Assembly: GCA_963767955.1 (NCBI GenBank)
Contig: CAVYGA010000002.1
Coordinates: 271,622-335,621, forward strand
Direction: 5' to 3'
Length of the DNA stretch: 64,000 nucleotides
Origin: an uncultured Actinomycetota bacterium
GTDB taxonomy: Bacteria; Actinomycetota; Actinomycetes; Propionibacteriales; Nocardioidaceae
Shown: positions 46,359 through 56,288 of the stretch, one piece after another
Layout of the letters: each line of letters starts with the position of its first letter
Position numbering within the stretch: the first letter of the stretch is position 1
Notes under the pieces: model-generated
Told to the model about the DNA's origin: nothing
Databases searched by the model: none
What the model saw: only the letters and a program-made list of their open reading frames with translations
Position numbers and translations under genes: made by a program

Positions 46359-46850
46359 TCAGAGGGCGGCCGCGATCTCGTCGTACGCCGCCCGGCCGAA
46401 CGCCACGAGGCGCGCCTCCTCGACCCGGGTCGGGGTGGCTCGCAGGGTCTCCAGGGCGGCGGCGATCGCGTCCTGGCGCGGCCAGCCGTAGACCCCCGCG
46501 CTGACCAGGGGGAACGCGATCGTGCGGGCGTCGAGCTCGTCCGCGACCGCCAGCGCGTCGGCATAGCAGGACGTGAGCAGCGACCGGTCCCGCTCGCCGG
46601 CGGTGAAGTTGGGGCCGACGACATGGATCACCCAGCGCGCGGACATCTCCCCGGCGGTGGTCCAGCCGGCCGCCCCGGTCGCCAGCCCGTCGGGGAAGCG
46701 GCGTACGCAGTCCGCCAGGACCGCCGGACCGCCGGCCCGGTGGATCGCCCCGTCCACACCGCCACCGCCACGCATCGCCCGGTTCGCCGCGTTCACCACG
46801 GCGTCCACGTCCTGCTGCGTGATGTCGCCTTCCACCACCGTCACTCGCAC
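46359..46850 (-). CDS. Macro-domain O-acetyl-ADP-ribose deacetylase (YmdB-like)
   Basis: 'GDITQQDVDAVVNAAN...GGGGVDGAIHRAGG', 'VIHVVGP', 'AFPLVSAGVYGWP'. Confidence 0.92.
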   Translation of the reverse strand: MRVTVVEGDITQQDVDAVVNAANRAMRGGGGVDGAIHRAGGPAVLADCVRRFPDGLATGAAGWTTAGEMSARWVIHVVGPNFTAGERDRSLLTSCYADALAVADELDARTIAFPLVSAGVYGWPRQDAIAAALETLRATPTRVEEARLVAFGRAAYDEIAAAL

Positions 46851-46880
46851 ACCGCCCAGCATGCCACCCCTCCCCCATCG

Positions 46881-46945
46881 GGATACTCCCTGACGTTCGG
46901 GCCCCGAAAAGCAGCGAGAAGGGGCCCGACTGTCAGGGACTATCC
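46881..46945. repeat. REP-like palindrome, second copy
   Basis: GGATACTCCCTGACGTTCGGGCCCC-N15-GGGGCCCGACTGTCAGGGACTATCC; arms nearly identical to the 8224 element, spacer different. Confidence 0.85.
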
Positions 46946-46958
46946 AGACGAGGACGGG

Positions 46959-48020
46959 TCAGCGGGGGCGGAGGGCGCGGAGCAGGACCACGACGACGAT
47001 GCCGAGGACCAGGAACCCGGCCAGCCAGGGGACGGGGCTGCGCTGGGGCTCGCTCGGGTCCGGGAGCCCGACCCCGGGAGCGTCGCGGTCGGCGTCGGAG
47101 CCCGCCGACGGCCCGTCGGAGACCGAGCCGGACGCGCCGTCGGACGGACCCCCCGAGGGCGACGCGGAGGTGGACGGGCTGCCCGACGGCGGGACGGACG
47201 GCGACCCCGCCGGCGCGGCGACCGCGTCGGCGAGCTCCGGCGGCAGGGTGATCCGCAGCACCGCCGTCCGCGCGCCCTCCGAGCTGGCATAGATGGTGCC
47301 GTCGGACGCCACCGCGATGCCCTCGCCCTGCCGCTGCTGGGGAAGGTCGAACCCGCCCACGAGCTCCAGCGACGGGAAGGCCACCACGAACGCCCGGTCG
47401 TAGTTGCGCAGCAGCAGGTGCCGGCCGTCGGGGAAGAACGCGCCGTCGGTGATGAACCCGGGGGCATCACCGAGCCGTTCCAGCCGGTTCGGCGCGCCCT
47501 TCCGCAGCGCGGACGGGGCGGCGTACACCGCCCCACCGAGCAGGACCTTGGTGACCACGAACAGCCGACCGGTGCGCGGGTGTGCGAGCAGCGCCTCGGC
47601 GTCGAAGCGACCGGAGGGGTAGGTCAGGCGGTAGGCCTCCCCCGTCACCGTCCGGTTGCCGCGCGCCACCGGCACCCGGGTCACGGTGATCACGTCGCGG
47701 GCCGTCGAGTTGTCGCCGATGTCGCCGACCCACACCTTGCCGGGGCCGCCCGGGGCCAGCGCCTCGATGTCCGTCGGCTGGGCCGCCCACCTGGTCACCC
47801 CGACCGTCTGGCCCGAGGCCGGGTCGACGACGAAGACCCGCGCGGAGTCGCCCGAGTCGTTGACGGTGGTGACGAGCCCGTCGCCCGCAACCAGCCCGCT
47901 GGACTCCACGATCGCGAGGTCGGCGAAGCGGAACACCTCGTCCCGTTCGGCGGAGGCGGGCGCGAGGGCGGCACCGACCAGGAACGGTACGGCGATCAGG
48001 ACCGCGAACGCCTCACGCAA
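46959..48020 (-). CDS. Secreted, C-terminally anchored propeller-like hypothetical protein
   Basis: Signal peptide, 'ESSGL', 'NDSGD', 'DIEAL', 'VGDIGDN', 'DAEAL', Pro/Ser linker and C-terminal TM. Confidence 0.65.
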   Translation of the reverse strand: MREAFAVLIAVPFLVGAALAPASAERDEVFRFADLAIVESSGLVAGDGLVTTVNDSGDSARVFVVDPASGQTVGVTRWAAQPTDIEALAPGGPGKVWVGDIGDNSTARDVITVTRVPVARGNRTVTGEAYRLTYPSGRFDAEALLAHPRTGRLFVVTKVLLGGAVYAAPSALRKGAPNRLERLGDAPGFITDGAFFPDGRHLLLRNYDRAFVVAFPSLELVGGFDLPQQRQGEGIAVASDGTIYASSEGARTAVLRITLPPELADAVAAPAGSPSVPPSGSPSTSASPSGGPSDGASGSVSDGPSAGSDADRDAPGVGLPDPSEPQRSPVPWLAGFLVLGIVVVVLLRALRPR

Positions 48021-49236
48021 GGCGGTCCGCCACGAGCTCGGCGAGCCTGGGCCGCACCGACCACGCCTCCACGAGGCCGTCGTAGTCCTTGCGGACCGTG
48101 CCGCCCCTCACCGTCCCGCCGGTGCGCACCGCCCGCAGCAGGGTGTTGCGGGGCGTGTGCTGACTCTCCACGAACTCGACCACGTCGACGCGATAGCCCA
48201 GCACCCGCAGCAGCGCCGCCCGCAACGCGTCGGTGAGCGTGTCCGCGAACCGCTCGCGCAGGATGCCGTGCCGGGTGAGCAGGGCGTACGGCGCCGGGGT
48301 GGGGTGGCGGCGCAGCTGCGCGGCGATGTCGTGGTGGCAGCACGGGGCGGCCAGGACCAGCGGCGACTCCCACTCGACCGCCCGGGCCAGCGCCTCGTCG
48401 GTCGCGGTGTCGCACGCGTGCAGCGCGAGCACCACCTCGGGCGGCCTCTCCAGCGATGCGGCACCGATGGTGCCGACCACGAAGTCGGCCGTGTCCGCGA
48501 CCCCGAGCGAGGCGGCGACGGCGCCGTTGTGGTCGCGGGACTGCTCCTTGACGTCCACGCCGGTGACGGTGACCGGCAGTCCGCGCACGTGGGTGAGGAA
48601 GCGGTGGGCGGCGAAGGTGAGATAGGCGTTCCCGCAGCCCAGGTCGACGACCCGCAGCGGGTCCGCGGCGGTCGGGGTCCGCAACGCGCCGGCCTCGACC
48701 GCGTCGGTCACCGAGCCGTCGAGCAGCCGGAGGAACTCCTCGACCTGACGGTACTTCGCCTGCCTGCTGGGCTTGATCCGTCCCTGCGCGTCGGAGATGC
48801 CGAGCGCCACCAGCACCGGGTCGTCCTCGGGCAGCAGCCGGGCCTTGGACTTGTCATGCCCGCGCTCGACCTCGACCTCCGTGTCCCGGGGGCTGGAGTG
48901 CACCATCGCCTCGAGCTTCTTGGTGACCCGCACCTGGTGCTGCTCGGTCGTGGTCTCCACGTGCCAGTTCGCGAACGGCTGGTCGAGGAGGTCGTCGACC
49001 GCGTCACGGGCCGCGTCACCGACGGCATGGTTCGCCGTGTGCGCCTGGGTGTCGTCGTACGCCGTGACCTGGAGGTGACGCCCGGCCTTGAGGTCGACGT
49101 AGCGCAGCTCGACCCGCCTCCACCGTGCCTCCTGGCCCCGCCGGCGGCCGGACGCGACCGCGCGCACCAGCACCTGGTCGTCGAGCAGGTGGGTGCGCAT
49201 CCGGGAGAGGGCACGGAGCAGGGGTTCGGCGGCCAC
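48013..49236 (-). CDS. SAM-dependent methyltransferase (Methyltransf_32-like)
   Basis: 'KYRQVEEF', 'VVDLGCGNAYLTF', 'ALHACDTATD', 'APCCH'. Confidence 0.85.
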   Translation of the reverse strand: MAAEPLLRALSRMRTHLLDDQVLVRAVASGRRRGQEARWRRVELRYVDLKAGRHLQVTAYDDTQAHTANHAVGDAARDAVDDLLDQPFANWHVETTTEQHQVRVTKKLEAMVHSSPRDTEVEVERGHDKSKARLLPEDDPVLVALGISDAQGRIKPSRQAKYRQVEEFLRLLDGSVTDAVEAGALRTPTAADPLRVVDLGCGNAYLTFAAHRFLTHVRGLPVTVTGVDVKEQSRDHNGAVAASLGVADTADFVVGTIGAASLERPPEVVLALHACDTATDEALARAVEWESPLVLAAPCCHHDIAAQLRRHPTPAPYALLTRHGILRERFADTLTDALRAALLRVLGYRVDVVEFVESQHTPRNTLLRAVRTGGTVRGGTVRKDYDGLVEAWSVRPRLAELVADRLA

Positions 49237-49243
49237 GGCGGTG

Positions 49244-49330
49244 CTACCGGACGAGGGCGGCGACGAGGACCAGGAACAGCAGCCCGCCCAGCGCCACCGG
49301 GATCACCAGGCGACGGTAGCGGGGGTTCAT
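49244..49330 (-). CDS. 28-aa small membrane protein (MNPRYRRLVIPVALGGLLFLVLVAALVR)
   Basis: ATG 7 nt after TAGACT (-10, leaderless); basic N-terminus plus one hydrophobic helix; GC3-rich codons; fills the intergenic gap. Confidence 0.7.
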   Translation of the reverse strand: MNPRYRRLVIPVALGGLLFLVLVAALVR

Positions 49331-49381
49331 GGTGCAGAGTCTAGGGGCGAGCGCGCCGCCCGGGGGCATCGTCGGCCGGTC

Positions 49382-50104
49382 TCAGACGAACGGCGTGGGG
49401 TCGCCCTCGACCCGCACGAACTCCGCCATCACCTGACCGCGGGGGTGTCCCCAGTCGCCCACGTAGTTGAACTCCCACGGCAGGTGCTCGGCGGCCCAGG
49501 CGAGGTCCTTGCGGTAGTACCAGTAGAAGTTGCGCTCGGTGTAGAGCGTGCGCCCGCGCTCGCTGATCCCGTCGACCGGGAACTCCGGCTCCTGCTCGAA
49601 GAAGGTGACGTAGAACCTGCCGCCGACCGCCATCACCTTGCCGACGCGGGCCAGGGCCAGCCGCAGGTGGTTCAGCGACAGGTGGCTGAAGATCGACTGG
49701 GCGATCGCCATGTCGAACCGGACGCCGAAGTCGGCGTCGAACCGGTCGGTGATCCGCAGGTTGCCCTCGGGGAGCCGCGCCCGGGTGGCCTCGTCGAGCT
49801 CGTTCTCGTAGCCGGCGGTCAGCAGCGACAGGTTCACGTCGATGCCGTAGTAGTTGCCCGGGTCCAGGTAGGCGGCCAGGAGCCGGCCGGCGCGCAGCGA
49901 GCCGCAGCCGACGTCGAGGAAGCGGTGCTCCGGCCGCAGGCCGCGCCCCTGGAGGAACTCGAGCTGCCTGGCGCCCATCTCCTCCCAGCGGCCGCCGACG
50001 AACGCGCGGTGCTTGAGCTTCTTGACGGCCTTCGCGCCCACGTTGCGGGTCGCGTAGTCGATGTCCGTCTCACGCGGAACCTCGAGGCGGCTCTCGATCG
50101 GCAT
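49382..50104 (-). CDS. Class I SAM-dependent methyltransferase
   Basis: 'HRAFVGGRWEEMG...FLDVGCGSLRAG...YYGIDVN', 'AQSIFSHL', 'HPRGQVM'. Confidence 0.8.
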   Translation of the reverse strand: MPIESRLEVPRETDIDYATRNVGAKAVKKLKHRAFVGGRWEEMGARQLEFLQGRGLRPEHRFLDVGCGSLRAGRLLAAYLDPGNYYGIDVNLSLLTAGYENELDEATRARLPEGNLRITDRFDADFGVRFDMAIAQSIFSHLSLNHLRLALARVGKVMAVGGRFYVTFFEQEPEFPVDGISERGRTLYTERNFYWYYRKDLAWAAEHLPWEFNYVGDWGHPRGQVMAEFVRVEGDPTPFV

Positions 50105-50144
50105 GAAGGCACGTCCTTGCGTCCAGAGGATTTCGGGGACGACC

Positions 50145-53015
50145 CTAGCAACTTCCGCCGGAGCCGCCGGGTGAGGGACGTCGGGCGTCCCGGATGCCCG
50201 GCCGGCCGTCTCGAGCGACGTCGGGGGAACCCAGCCTCGAGGCCAGCAGCTCGGCCAGATGCATGGCCGGCACGTCCGCCAGGTCGTCGAGCTGGACCCG
50301 GCACGACAGCCCGTCCGCCAGCACCACCGCGCCGGGTGCCGCGGCCCGGACCGCCGGCAGCAAGGCGTGCTCCGCGATCGCGACCGAGACCTCGTAGTGC
50401 CCCTGCTCCATCCCGAAGTTGCCGGCCAGACCGCAGCACCCACCCACGCGGGTCACCGACGCCCCTGCCCGGGCCAGCAGCTCGGCGTCCGCCTCCCAGC
50501 CGAGCACCGATGCGTGGTGACAGTGTGGCTGCGCGACCACGACCGTGCCGCGGAGGTCCGGCGGCCTCCACTCGGGCAGGTCGGAGAGCAGCTCGGCCAG
50601 CGTCCGCATGCCGGCGGCCACCTCGGCGGCGCGCGGGTCCTCGACGAGCTCGACGGCGTCGCTGCGCAGCGTCGCCAGGCACGACGGCTCGAGCCCCACC
50701 ACGGGCACGCCGGAGGCGACGTACGGGTGCAGGGTGGCGACCGTGCGCGCCATGATCCGGCGGGCCGCGTCGAGCTGGCCGGTGGTGACCCAGGTCAACG
50801 CGCAGCACGCGGGCTCGTCGATCACCCGCACCCGCAGCCCGGCCGCCTCGAGCAGCCGGATCGCCGCGTGCCCGGACCCCGGCGACAGGTGGTCGGTGAA
50901 GGTGTCGGCCCAGAGCCACACGTCCGGGGCGTCCTTCCCTCCGGTCGCCCGGGTGCCGCGGCGCAGGGTGGTCGACGCGAACCGCGGCAGGTCGCGCCGG
51001 CGGTCGACGCCGGCCACCGCCTTGGCCAGCCGGGCGGTCGGACCGAAGGCGAGCGTGGCGTTGAGCAGTGGCGCCAGCGGTGCGGCCAGTCGTGCCCACC
51101 GCGGCAGCCGGCCCAGCGTGTAGTGCGAACGCGGCCGGCGCCTGCCCGCGAAAGCCTGGTGCAGCGCCTCCGACTTGTACGTCGCCATGTCGACGCCGGT
51201 GGGGCAGTCGCGGGCGCAGCCCTTGCAGGACAGGCAGAGGTCCAGTGCCTCGGCGACCGCGGGATCATCGAGGCCGTCGACCAGCGACCCGTCCAGCGCC
51301 TCCTGGAGGACCCGGGCCCGGCCGCGCGTGGAGTCCTTCTCGTTGCGGGTGGCGATGTAGGACGGGCACATCACGCCGCCGGCGCCGGTGTTGTCGGCCA
51401 GGCACTTGCCGACCCCGGTGCAGCGATGCACGGCCGCGCCGAGCGAGCCCCCGTCGTGGACCAGCCGCAGCGCGGTGCGGACCGGGGCGACCGGCCGCGC
51501 GGGACGCAGGTCGGCGTCCAGCGGTGCCGGGTCGACCAGCACCCCCGGGTTCAGCAGCCCGTCGGGGTCGCAGATCGCCTTCACCGCGCCGAACAGCCGC
51601 AGGGAGTCCGCGTCGTACATCAGCGGCAGCAGCTCCGAGCGGGCCCGGCCGTCGCCGTGCTCGCCGGACAGCGAACCGCCGTGGGTGCGCAGCGTCAGCG
51701 CCGCCTCGGTGAGGAACGCCCGGAACGCCGCGCCCCCGTCGTCGAAGCCGAAGTCGATCCGCACGTGTACGCAGCCGTCGCCGAAGTGACCGTAGGGCAC
51801 GCCGTCGAGACCGTGCTCGCGCAGCAGTCCGTCGAAGTCACGCAGCCAGGCACCCAGCCGGGCCGGTGGCACCGCGGCGTCCTCCCAGCCGGAGTACGCC
51901 GGCGTGCTCAGGCTGCGGGCGGCCAGTCCGGCGCCGTCCTCGCGGATCCGCCAGAGCGCGGCGGCCTCGGCCAGGTCGGTGACCACCCTGCTGTCCACGG
52001 CACCCGCGACCGCGACCAGGCCGCGGGCGAGCGCGGCCGCGTCCTCGGCCGTGTCGGCGCTCACCTCGACGAACAGCCAGCCCTCACCGCGCGGCAGCGG
52101 GGGCACGCCGCGGCCTGTCGCCCGGACCACGTCCACGATGCGGGAGTCGAGACCCTCGCAGGCCACGAGGCCCTGCGGCTGGGCCAGCAGGGCCGGCACC
52201 GCATCCGCGGCCTCGGGCATCGAGGGGTAGCCGAGCACCACGAGGGCGGTCGCCGTCGGCTCCGGCACCAGCTCCACGGTCGCGTCGAGCACCAGCCCGA
52301 GGGTCCCCTCCGAGCCGACCAGGAACCGGTCGATCCGGCGACCGCGCTCGGGCAGCAGGTGCTCGAGGGAGTAGCCGCTCACCTGCCGGCCGAACGTCCC
52401 GAACGCCGTGCGCAGGTGGTCGAGGTGCCCGTCGGCCAGCGCGTTCAGCGCGGCGACCGGCCCGACCGGGCGGCCCTGCACCCGGGTCGAGATCGACGAG
52501 CCGTCGCCGAGCAGCACCCGCATCCCGGCGACGTTGTCGGCGGTCCGGCCGTAGCCGAGCGCCCGCGAGCCGCAGGCGTTGTTGCCGATCATCCCGCCGA
52601 TCGTGCAGCGGGTGTGCGTGGACGGGTCCGGGCCGAAGCGCAACCCGTGCGGTGCGACCGCGCGTTGCAGGGCCGCGTGCACGACGCCGGGCTGCACCGT
52701 GGCGGTGCGGGCCTCCGGGTCGACCGCGAGCACCCGGTTGAGGTGCTTGGAGGTGTCCACCACGATGCCGGGGCCGACCGCGTTGCCGGCGATCGAGGTG
52801 CCGGCGCCGCGCATCGTCACGGGCACCCCGGTCGCGCGGGCGACCGCGAGCACGGCGGCGATCTCGTCGGGGTGGCGGGGACGGACCACCGCCCGCGGGA
52901 CCACACGGTAGAGCGAGGCGTCCGAGGAGTACGTCGCCCGGTCGAGCGTCGACGCGGACGCGTCGGCGACCCCCTCCCGCCGCAGCGCGGCGACCAGGTC
53001 CGCTGCCGCGCTCAC
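50145..53015 (-). CDS. FAD-binding type 4 + Fe-S + CCG-domain oxidoreductase (YdiJ/GlcD-GlcF-like 2-hydroxyacid dehydrogenase)
   Basis: 'RGAGTSIAGNA', 'GPDPST...TIGGMIGNNACG', 'GSEGTLG', 'GHFGDGCVH', 'SGEHGDG', 'CLSCKGCARDCP', 'CCGLAG'. Confidence 0.88.
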   Translation of the reverse strand: MSAAADLVAALRREGVADASASTLDRATYSSDASLYRVVPRAVVRPRHPDEIAAVLAVARATGVPVTMRGAGTSIAGNAVGPGIVVDTSKHLNRVLAVDPEARTATVQPGVVHAALQRAVAPHGLRFGPDPSTHTRCTIGGMIGNNACGSRALGYGRTADNVAGMRVLLGDGSSISTRVQGRPVGPVAALNALADGHLDHLRTAFGTFGRQVSGYSLEHLLPERGRRIDRFLVGSEGTLGLVLDATVELVPEPTATALVVLGYPSMPEAADAVPALLAQPQGLVACEGLDSRIVDVVRATGRGVPPLPRGEGWLFVEVSADTAEDAAALARGLVAVAGAVDSRVVTDLAEAAALWRIREDGAGLAARSLSTPAYSGWEDAAVPPARLGAWLRDFDGLLREHGLDGVPYGHFGDGCVHVRIDFGFDDGGAAFRAFLTEAALTLRTHGGSLSGEHGDGRARSELLPLMYDADSLRLFGAVKAICDPDGLLNPGVLVDPAPLDADLRPARPVAPVRTALRLVHDGGSLGAAVHRCTGVGKCLADNTGAGGVMCPSYIATRNEKDSTRGRARVLQEALDGSLVDGLDDPAVAEALDLCLSCKGCARDCPTGVDMATYKSEALHQAFAGRRRPRSHYTLGRLPRWARLAAPLAPLLNATLAFGPTARLAKAVAGVDRRRDLPRFASTTLRRGTRATGGKDAPDVWLWADTFTDHLSPGSGHAAIRLLEAAGLRVRVIDEPACCALTWVTTGQLDAARRIMARTVATLHPYVASGVPVVGLEPSCLATLRSDAVELVEDPRAAEVAAGMRTLAELLSDLPEWRPPDLRGTVVVAQPHCHHASVLGWEADAELLARAGASVTRVGGCCGLAGNFGMEQGHYEVSVAIAEHALLPAVRAAAPGAVVLADGLSCRVQLDDLADVPAMHLAELLASRLGSPDVARDGRPGIRDARRPSPGGSGGSC

Positions 53016-54274
53016 CACAGCTCCATCGAGCCCCGGAACACCGCGGCCAGGTCGTCACCGGTGACCTCGCGCGGCGCGGTGGCCAGCAGTCGTTGCTGCT
53101 GGAGCGCGCCGGTGACCAGGTCGTCCACGTCGGCGTCGCCGTAGCCGACCTCGGCCAGGCCGTTGGGGATGCCGATGTCGCGCATCAGCGCGGCGAGCAC
53201 GGACGGGAGCGTGTCCGGGTCGTTGCCGGACGCGGACGGGTCGAGCAGCCGGGCGGCCCTGAGGTGCCGCTCCGGCGCTGCCTCGAAGGTGAACCGGAAA
53301 GCCTCCGGTGCCGTGAGCGAGACCGCCATGCCGTGCGGCACGATCGGGTCGTCCTGCGGGTAGCCCTCCGGCCGATAGTCACGCACCCGGCCGGCGATGG
53401 GATAGGCGTTCGCGTGGGGGACGTGCACGCCGGCGTTGCCGAAGCCCATCCCCGCGAAGGTGGCCGCGAGCGCCATCTGCTCCCGGGCCGCGGCGTCCCC
53501 GCCGTCGCGGACCGCCGCGCGGAACGAGCCGGCGAGCAGCGACAGCGCCTTCTCGGACCACATGTCGGCGATCGGGTTCGCTCCGCAGTAGGGCACCCGC
53601 TCGGACGCCTGCTTGGCCGGGAAACTGGCGTACCAGCGCGCGGTGTAGGACTCCAGCGCGTGGCAGAGGATGTCCATCCCGGAGGCGGCGGTGACCATCG
53701 CCGGCTGGCTCATCGTCAGCTCCGGGTCCACCACGGCCAGCGTCGGGCGCAGCCGCGGGTGGCTGATGCCGGTCTTCACGTGCTGCTCGAGCACGTCGAG
53801 GACGCAGATGGTGGTGCTCTCGCTGCCGGTGCCGGTGGTGGTCGGCACCGCGACCAGCGGACGCAGCGCCCGCTCGGGAGCCCGTCCCCCGCCCACCGGG
53901 GCGTTGACGTAGTCCATCAGCTCACCCTCGTTGGTGCCGAGCAGGTTGACGGCCTTGGCGGTGTCGATGGCGGACCCGCCGCCGACCGCGACGTAGGCGT
54001 CGAACGGGCCCTCCGCGCGGCCGAACGCGACCGCCTCCTCCAGCGACGCGTCGGTGGGCTCGACCCGGGCCCGGTCGAAGACCACCACCTCGATCCCGGC
54101 CGCGCGCACCTGGTCGGCGATCCGTGCCGGATGACCGGTCGCCGCCACGCCGGGGTCGGTGACCAGGAGCACCCGGCGGGCGTCGTACTGCCCGAGATCG
54201 TGGCCGATCTCGCCCGAGCTGCCCGGCCCGAACTTCAGGGCCGGCGCGCCGTAGGTGAAGACCGTCTCGTCCAT
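53012..54274 (-). CDS. Hydroxyacid-oxoacid transhydrogenase (HOT/ADHFE1-like)
   Basis: 'AVGGGSAIDTAKA', 'AVPTTTGTGSESTT', 'KTGISH', 'DILCHALESYTA', 'YCGANP', 'GFGNAGVHVPHANAYPIAG', 'VPHG'. Confidence 0.88.
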   Translation of the reverse strand: MDETVFTYGAPALKFGPGSSGEIGHDLGQYDARRVLLVTDPGVAATGHPARIADQVRAAGIEVVVFDRARVEPTDASLEEAVAFGRAEGPFDAYVAVGGGSAIDTAKAVNLLGTNEGELMDYVNAPVGGGRAPERALRPLVAVPTTTGTGSESTTICVLDVLEQHVKTGISHPRLRPTLAVVDPELTMSQPAMVTAASGMDILCHALESYTARWYASFPAKQASERVPYCGANPIADMWSEKALSLLAGSFRAAVRDGGDAAAREQMALAATFAGMGFGNAGVHVPHANAYPIAGRVRDYRPEGYPQDDPIVPHGMAVSLTAPEAFRFTFEAAPERHLRAARLLDPSASGNDPDTLPSVLAALMRDIGIPNGLAEVGYGDADVDDLVTGALQQQRLLATAPREVTGDDLAAVFRGSMELW

Positions 54275-54295
54275 GGCACCCAACGTAGCCGGGGC

Positions 54296-55168
54296 TCAGA
54301 GGGTGAGTGCGTGGCGGACCACGTCGAGGACGTCGAGCTCGCCGCTGTCCACGTCGGCGACCGGCACCCAGGCCACGGCGTCGGTGGTGCCGCCGACCTC
54401 CACCACGCGGGGCTCGGCGTCGGCCGGCACCGTGGCCGCGAAGACCAGGTGCACGCCGTGATAGTCCTCGTGACGCCCCGACGGTGCGGTGCCGGAGAGG
54501 TGCACGTCGTGGATGCCGAGCAGCTGCCCGATGTCGGCCTCGAGGCCGCACTCCTCGTGCACCTCCCGGGCCAGCGCGGCGACCGGCGGCTCGCCGTGGC
54601 CGATTCCGCCGCCGGGCAGGGTCCAGGCCCCCGGGCGGTGACCGCGGTCCGAGATCCGGGTGAGCAGGACACGTCCGTCGCGACGGGCCAGGGCATAGAC
54701 CGCCAGCCGCTGCATCTGGAACGGCTCGTGCCCGCGCAGCGCCTGGTGCACCAGGTCGGTGACCGGCACCCTCCCGGACCGCACGTCGGCCAGCGGGTGC
54801 CACGCCGCGGCGATCGTGGAGCCGTTCACCTCCACGACCCGGGGCGCGGGCGCGTCGACCGGCACCCACCCCTCGAAGACGATCCGGAGCGCGTGGTAGT
54901 CCGCCCCGCCGTCGCCGTGATGGGCCCGGGGGTTGTGCATCGAGTAGACCCGTGACTGTCGGGACACGGCCGCGTGCAGTCCGGTCTCCTCGTAGATCTC
55001 CCGCACCACCGCGCGGGCGGGGTCCTCACCGTGGTCCAGCCCGCCTCCGGGCAGCGCCCAGAGCTCGCCGCCGGCGATCCGGGGGGCGAGCCGCGAGAGC
55101 AGGATCTGATCGTCGCGCAGCACCACGGCGTACGCCGCGACGCGTTGTCGCTGCGGAAACCGACCCAT
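54296..55168 (-). CDS. Tandem two-domain NUDIX hydrolase
   Basis: Two Nudix boxes: '[23 protein letters not shown]' and '[23 protein letters not shown]'. Confidence 0.88.
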   Translation of the reverse strand: MGRFPQRQRVAAYAVVLRDDQILLSRLAPRIAGGELWALPGGGLDHGEDPARAVVREIYEETGLHAAVSRQSRVYSMHNPRAHHGDGGADYHALRIVFEGWVPVDAPAPRVVEVNGSTIAAAWHPLADVRSGRVPVTDLVHQALRGHEPFQMQRLAVYALARRDGRVLLTRISDRGHRPGAWTLPGGGIGHGEPPVAALAREVHEECGLEADIGQLLGIHDVHLSGTAPSGRHEDYHGVHLVFAATVPADAEPRVVEVGGTTDAVAWVPVADVDSGELDVLDVVRHALTL

Positions 55169-55265
55169 GGGCGCGAGCCTAGGCCCTGGCACCACGAATC
55201 CCGTCGCCCGCCGACGCGAACCGCGATCCGGTGGGTCGCCGGCAGGCGTTCGCTAGCGTGACGGC

Positions 55266-56288
55266 ATGGCGCGCGACCCCTGGCTGGACAACGTGAAGAT
55301 GGTGCTGGTGACCGTGGTCGTCGTCGGCCACTCGTTGACCATGGTGCCCGGTGAGGGCCGCAACGCCCAGATCTACGACTTCATCTACTACTGGCACATT
55401 CCCGCGTTCGTCCTGGTCACCGGCTACCTCTCCCGCGGCTTCACCTGGTCCCGCCGGCATCTCTGGGCGCTGTTCTGCACGATCGTGGTGCCCTACTTCC
55501 TCTTCGAGTTCGCGCTGCTCTTCTACCGCGAGCACCGCGGCGGTGAGGTCATCGGCGCCCCGATGTGGCTCAACCCGCACTGGCCGATGTGGTACCTCGC
55601 CGGGGTCTTCCTGTGGCGGATGGTGACGCCGCTGCTCAAGCGGCACTGGGCCGCGGTGCCGGTCACCATCGCGATCAGCCTGTGGTTCCCCATGCTCGGC
55701 GGCACCTGGACGACGTACCTCGACCTCAACCGCGTGGTGGGCTTCCTGCCGTTCTTCGCCCTCGGCCTGCACCTGACCCCGGCCCACCTCACGAAGCTCA
55801 AGTCCCGCACCGCCGCCCTCGTCGGCGCCGCGGTGCTGGTGGGCATCTACGTGCTGGCCGGGCACACCGACGACTGGATCGCCACCAAGTGGCTCTGGTT
55901 CGCCTTCTCCTACGACTACTTCGGTGCCTCCGACTCGGAGGGGGTCTGGAACCGGCTGCGGCTGATCGGCATCGCCACGGCCGGGTCGCTGGCGGTGCTG
56001 GCGGTGATCCCGCGCCGCCGCACCTGGTTCACCGACCTGGGCGCGGGCAGCCTGGTGGTCTACCTCTTCCACGGCTTCTTCATCAAGGAGGCGCAGTACC
56101 AGGGATACGCCGACTGGGCCGCCGCGCAGGGCACCTGGACGATCTGGCCGACGATCGCGGGAGCGGTGCTGCTCGCCGTGGTGCTCGCCTGGCCGCCGGT
56201 CTCGACGCGGCTCACCTGGGTGGTCGACCCGATCGGCTCGGTCAGCCGGCTCCGAGGACGCCGGTCCCGGGCCGGGGCGGGGCGCTAG
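55266..56288 (+). CDS. Acyltransferase-3 (OafA/YkrP-like) membrane O-acyltransferase
   Basis: 'RDPWLDNVK...VVVGH', 'IYYWHIPAFVLVTGY', 'WYLAGVFLWR', 'SLVVYLFHG'. Confidence 0.85.
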   Translation: MARDPWLDNVKMVLVTVVVVGHSLTMVPGEGRNAQIYDFIYYWHIPAFVLVTGYLSRGFTWSRRHLWALFCTIVVPYFLFEFALLFYREHRGGEVIGAPMWLNPHWPMWYLAGVFLWRMVTPLLKRHWAAVPVTIAISLWFPMLGGTWTTYLDLNRVVGFLPFFALGLHLTPAHLTKLKSRTAALVGAAVLVGIYVLAGHTDDWIATKWLWFAFSYDYFGASDSEGVWNRLRLIGIATAGSLAVLAVIPRRRTWFTDLGAGSLVVYLFHGFFIKEAQYQGYADWAAAQGTWTIWPTIAGAVLLAVVLAWPPVSTRLTWVVDPIGSVSRLRGRRSRAGAGR

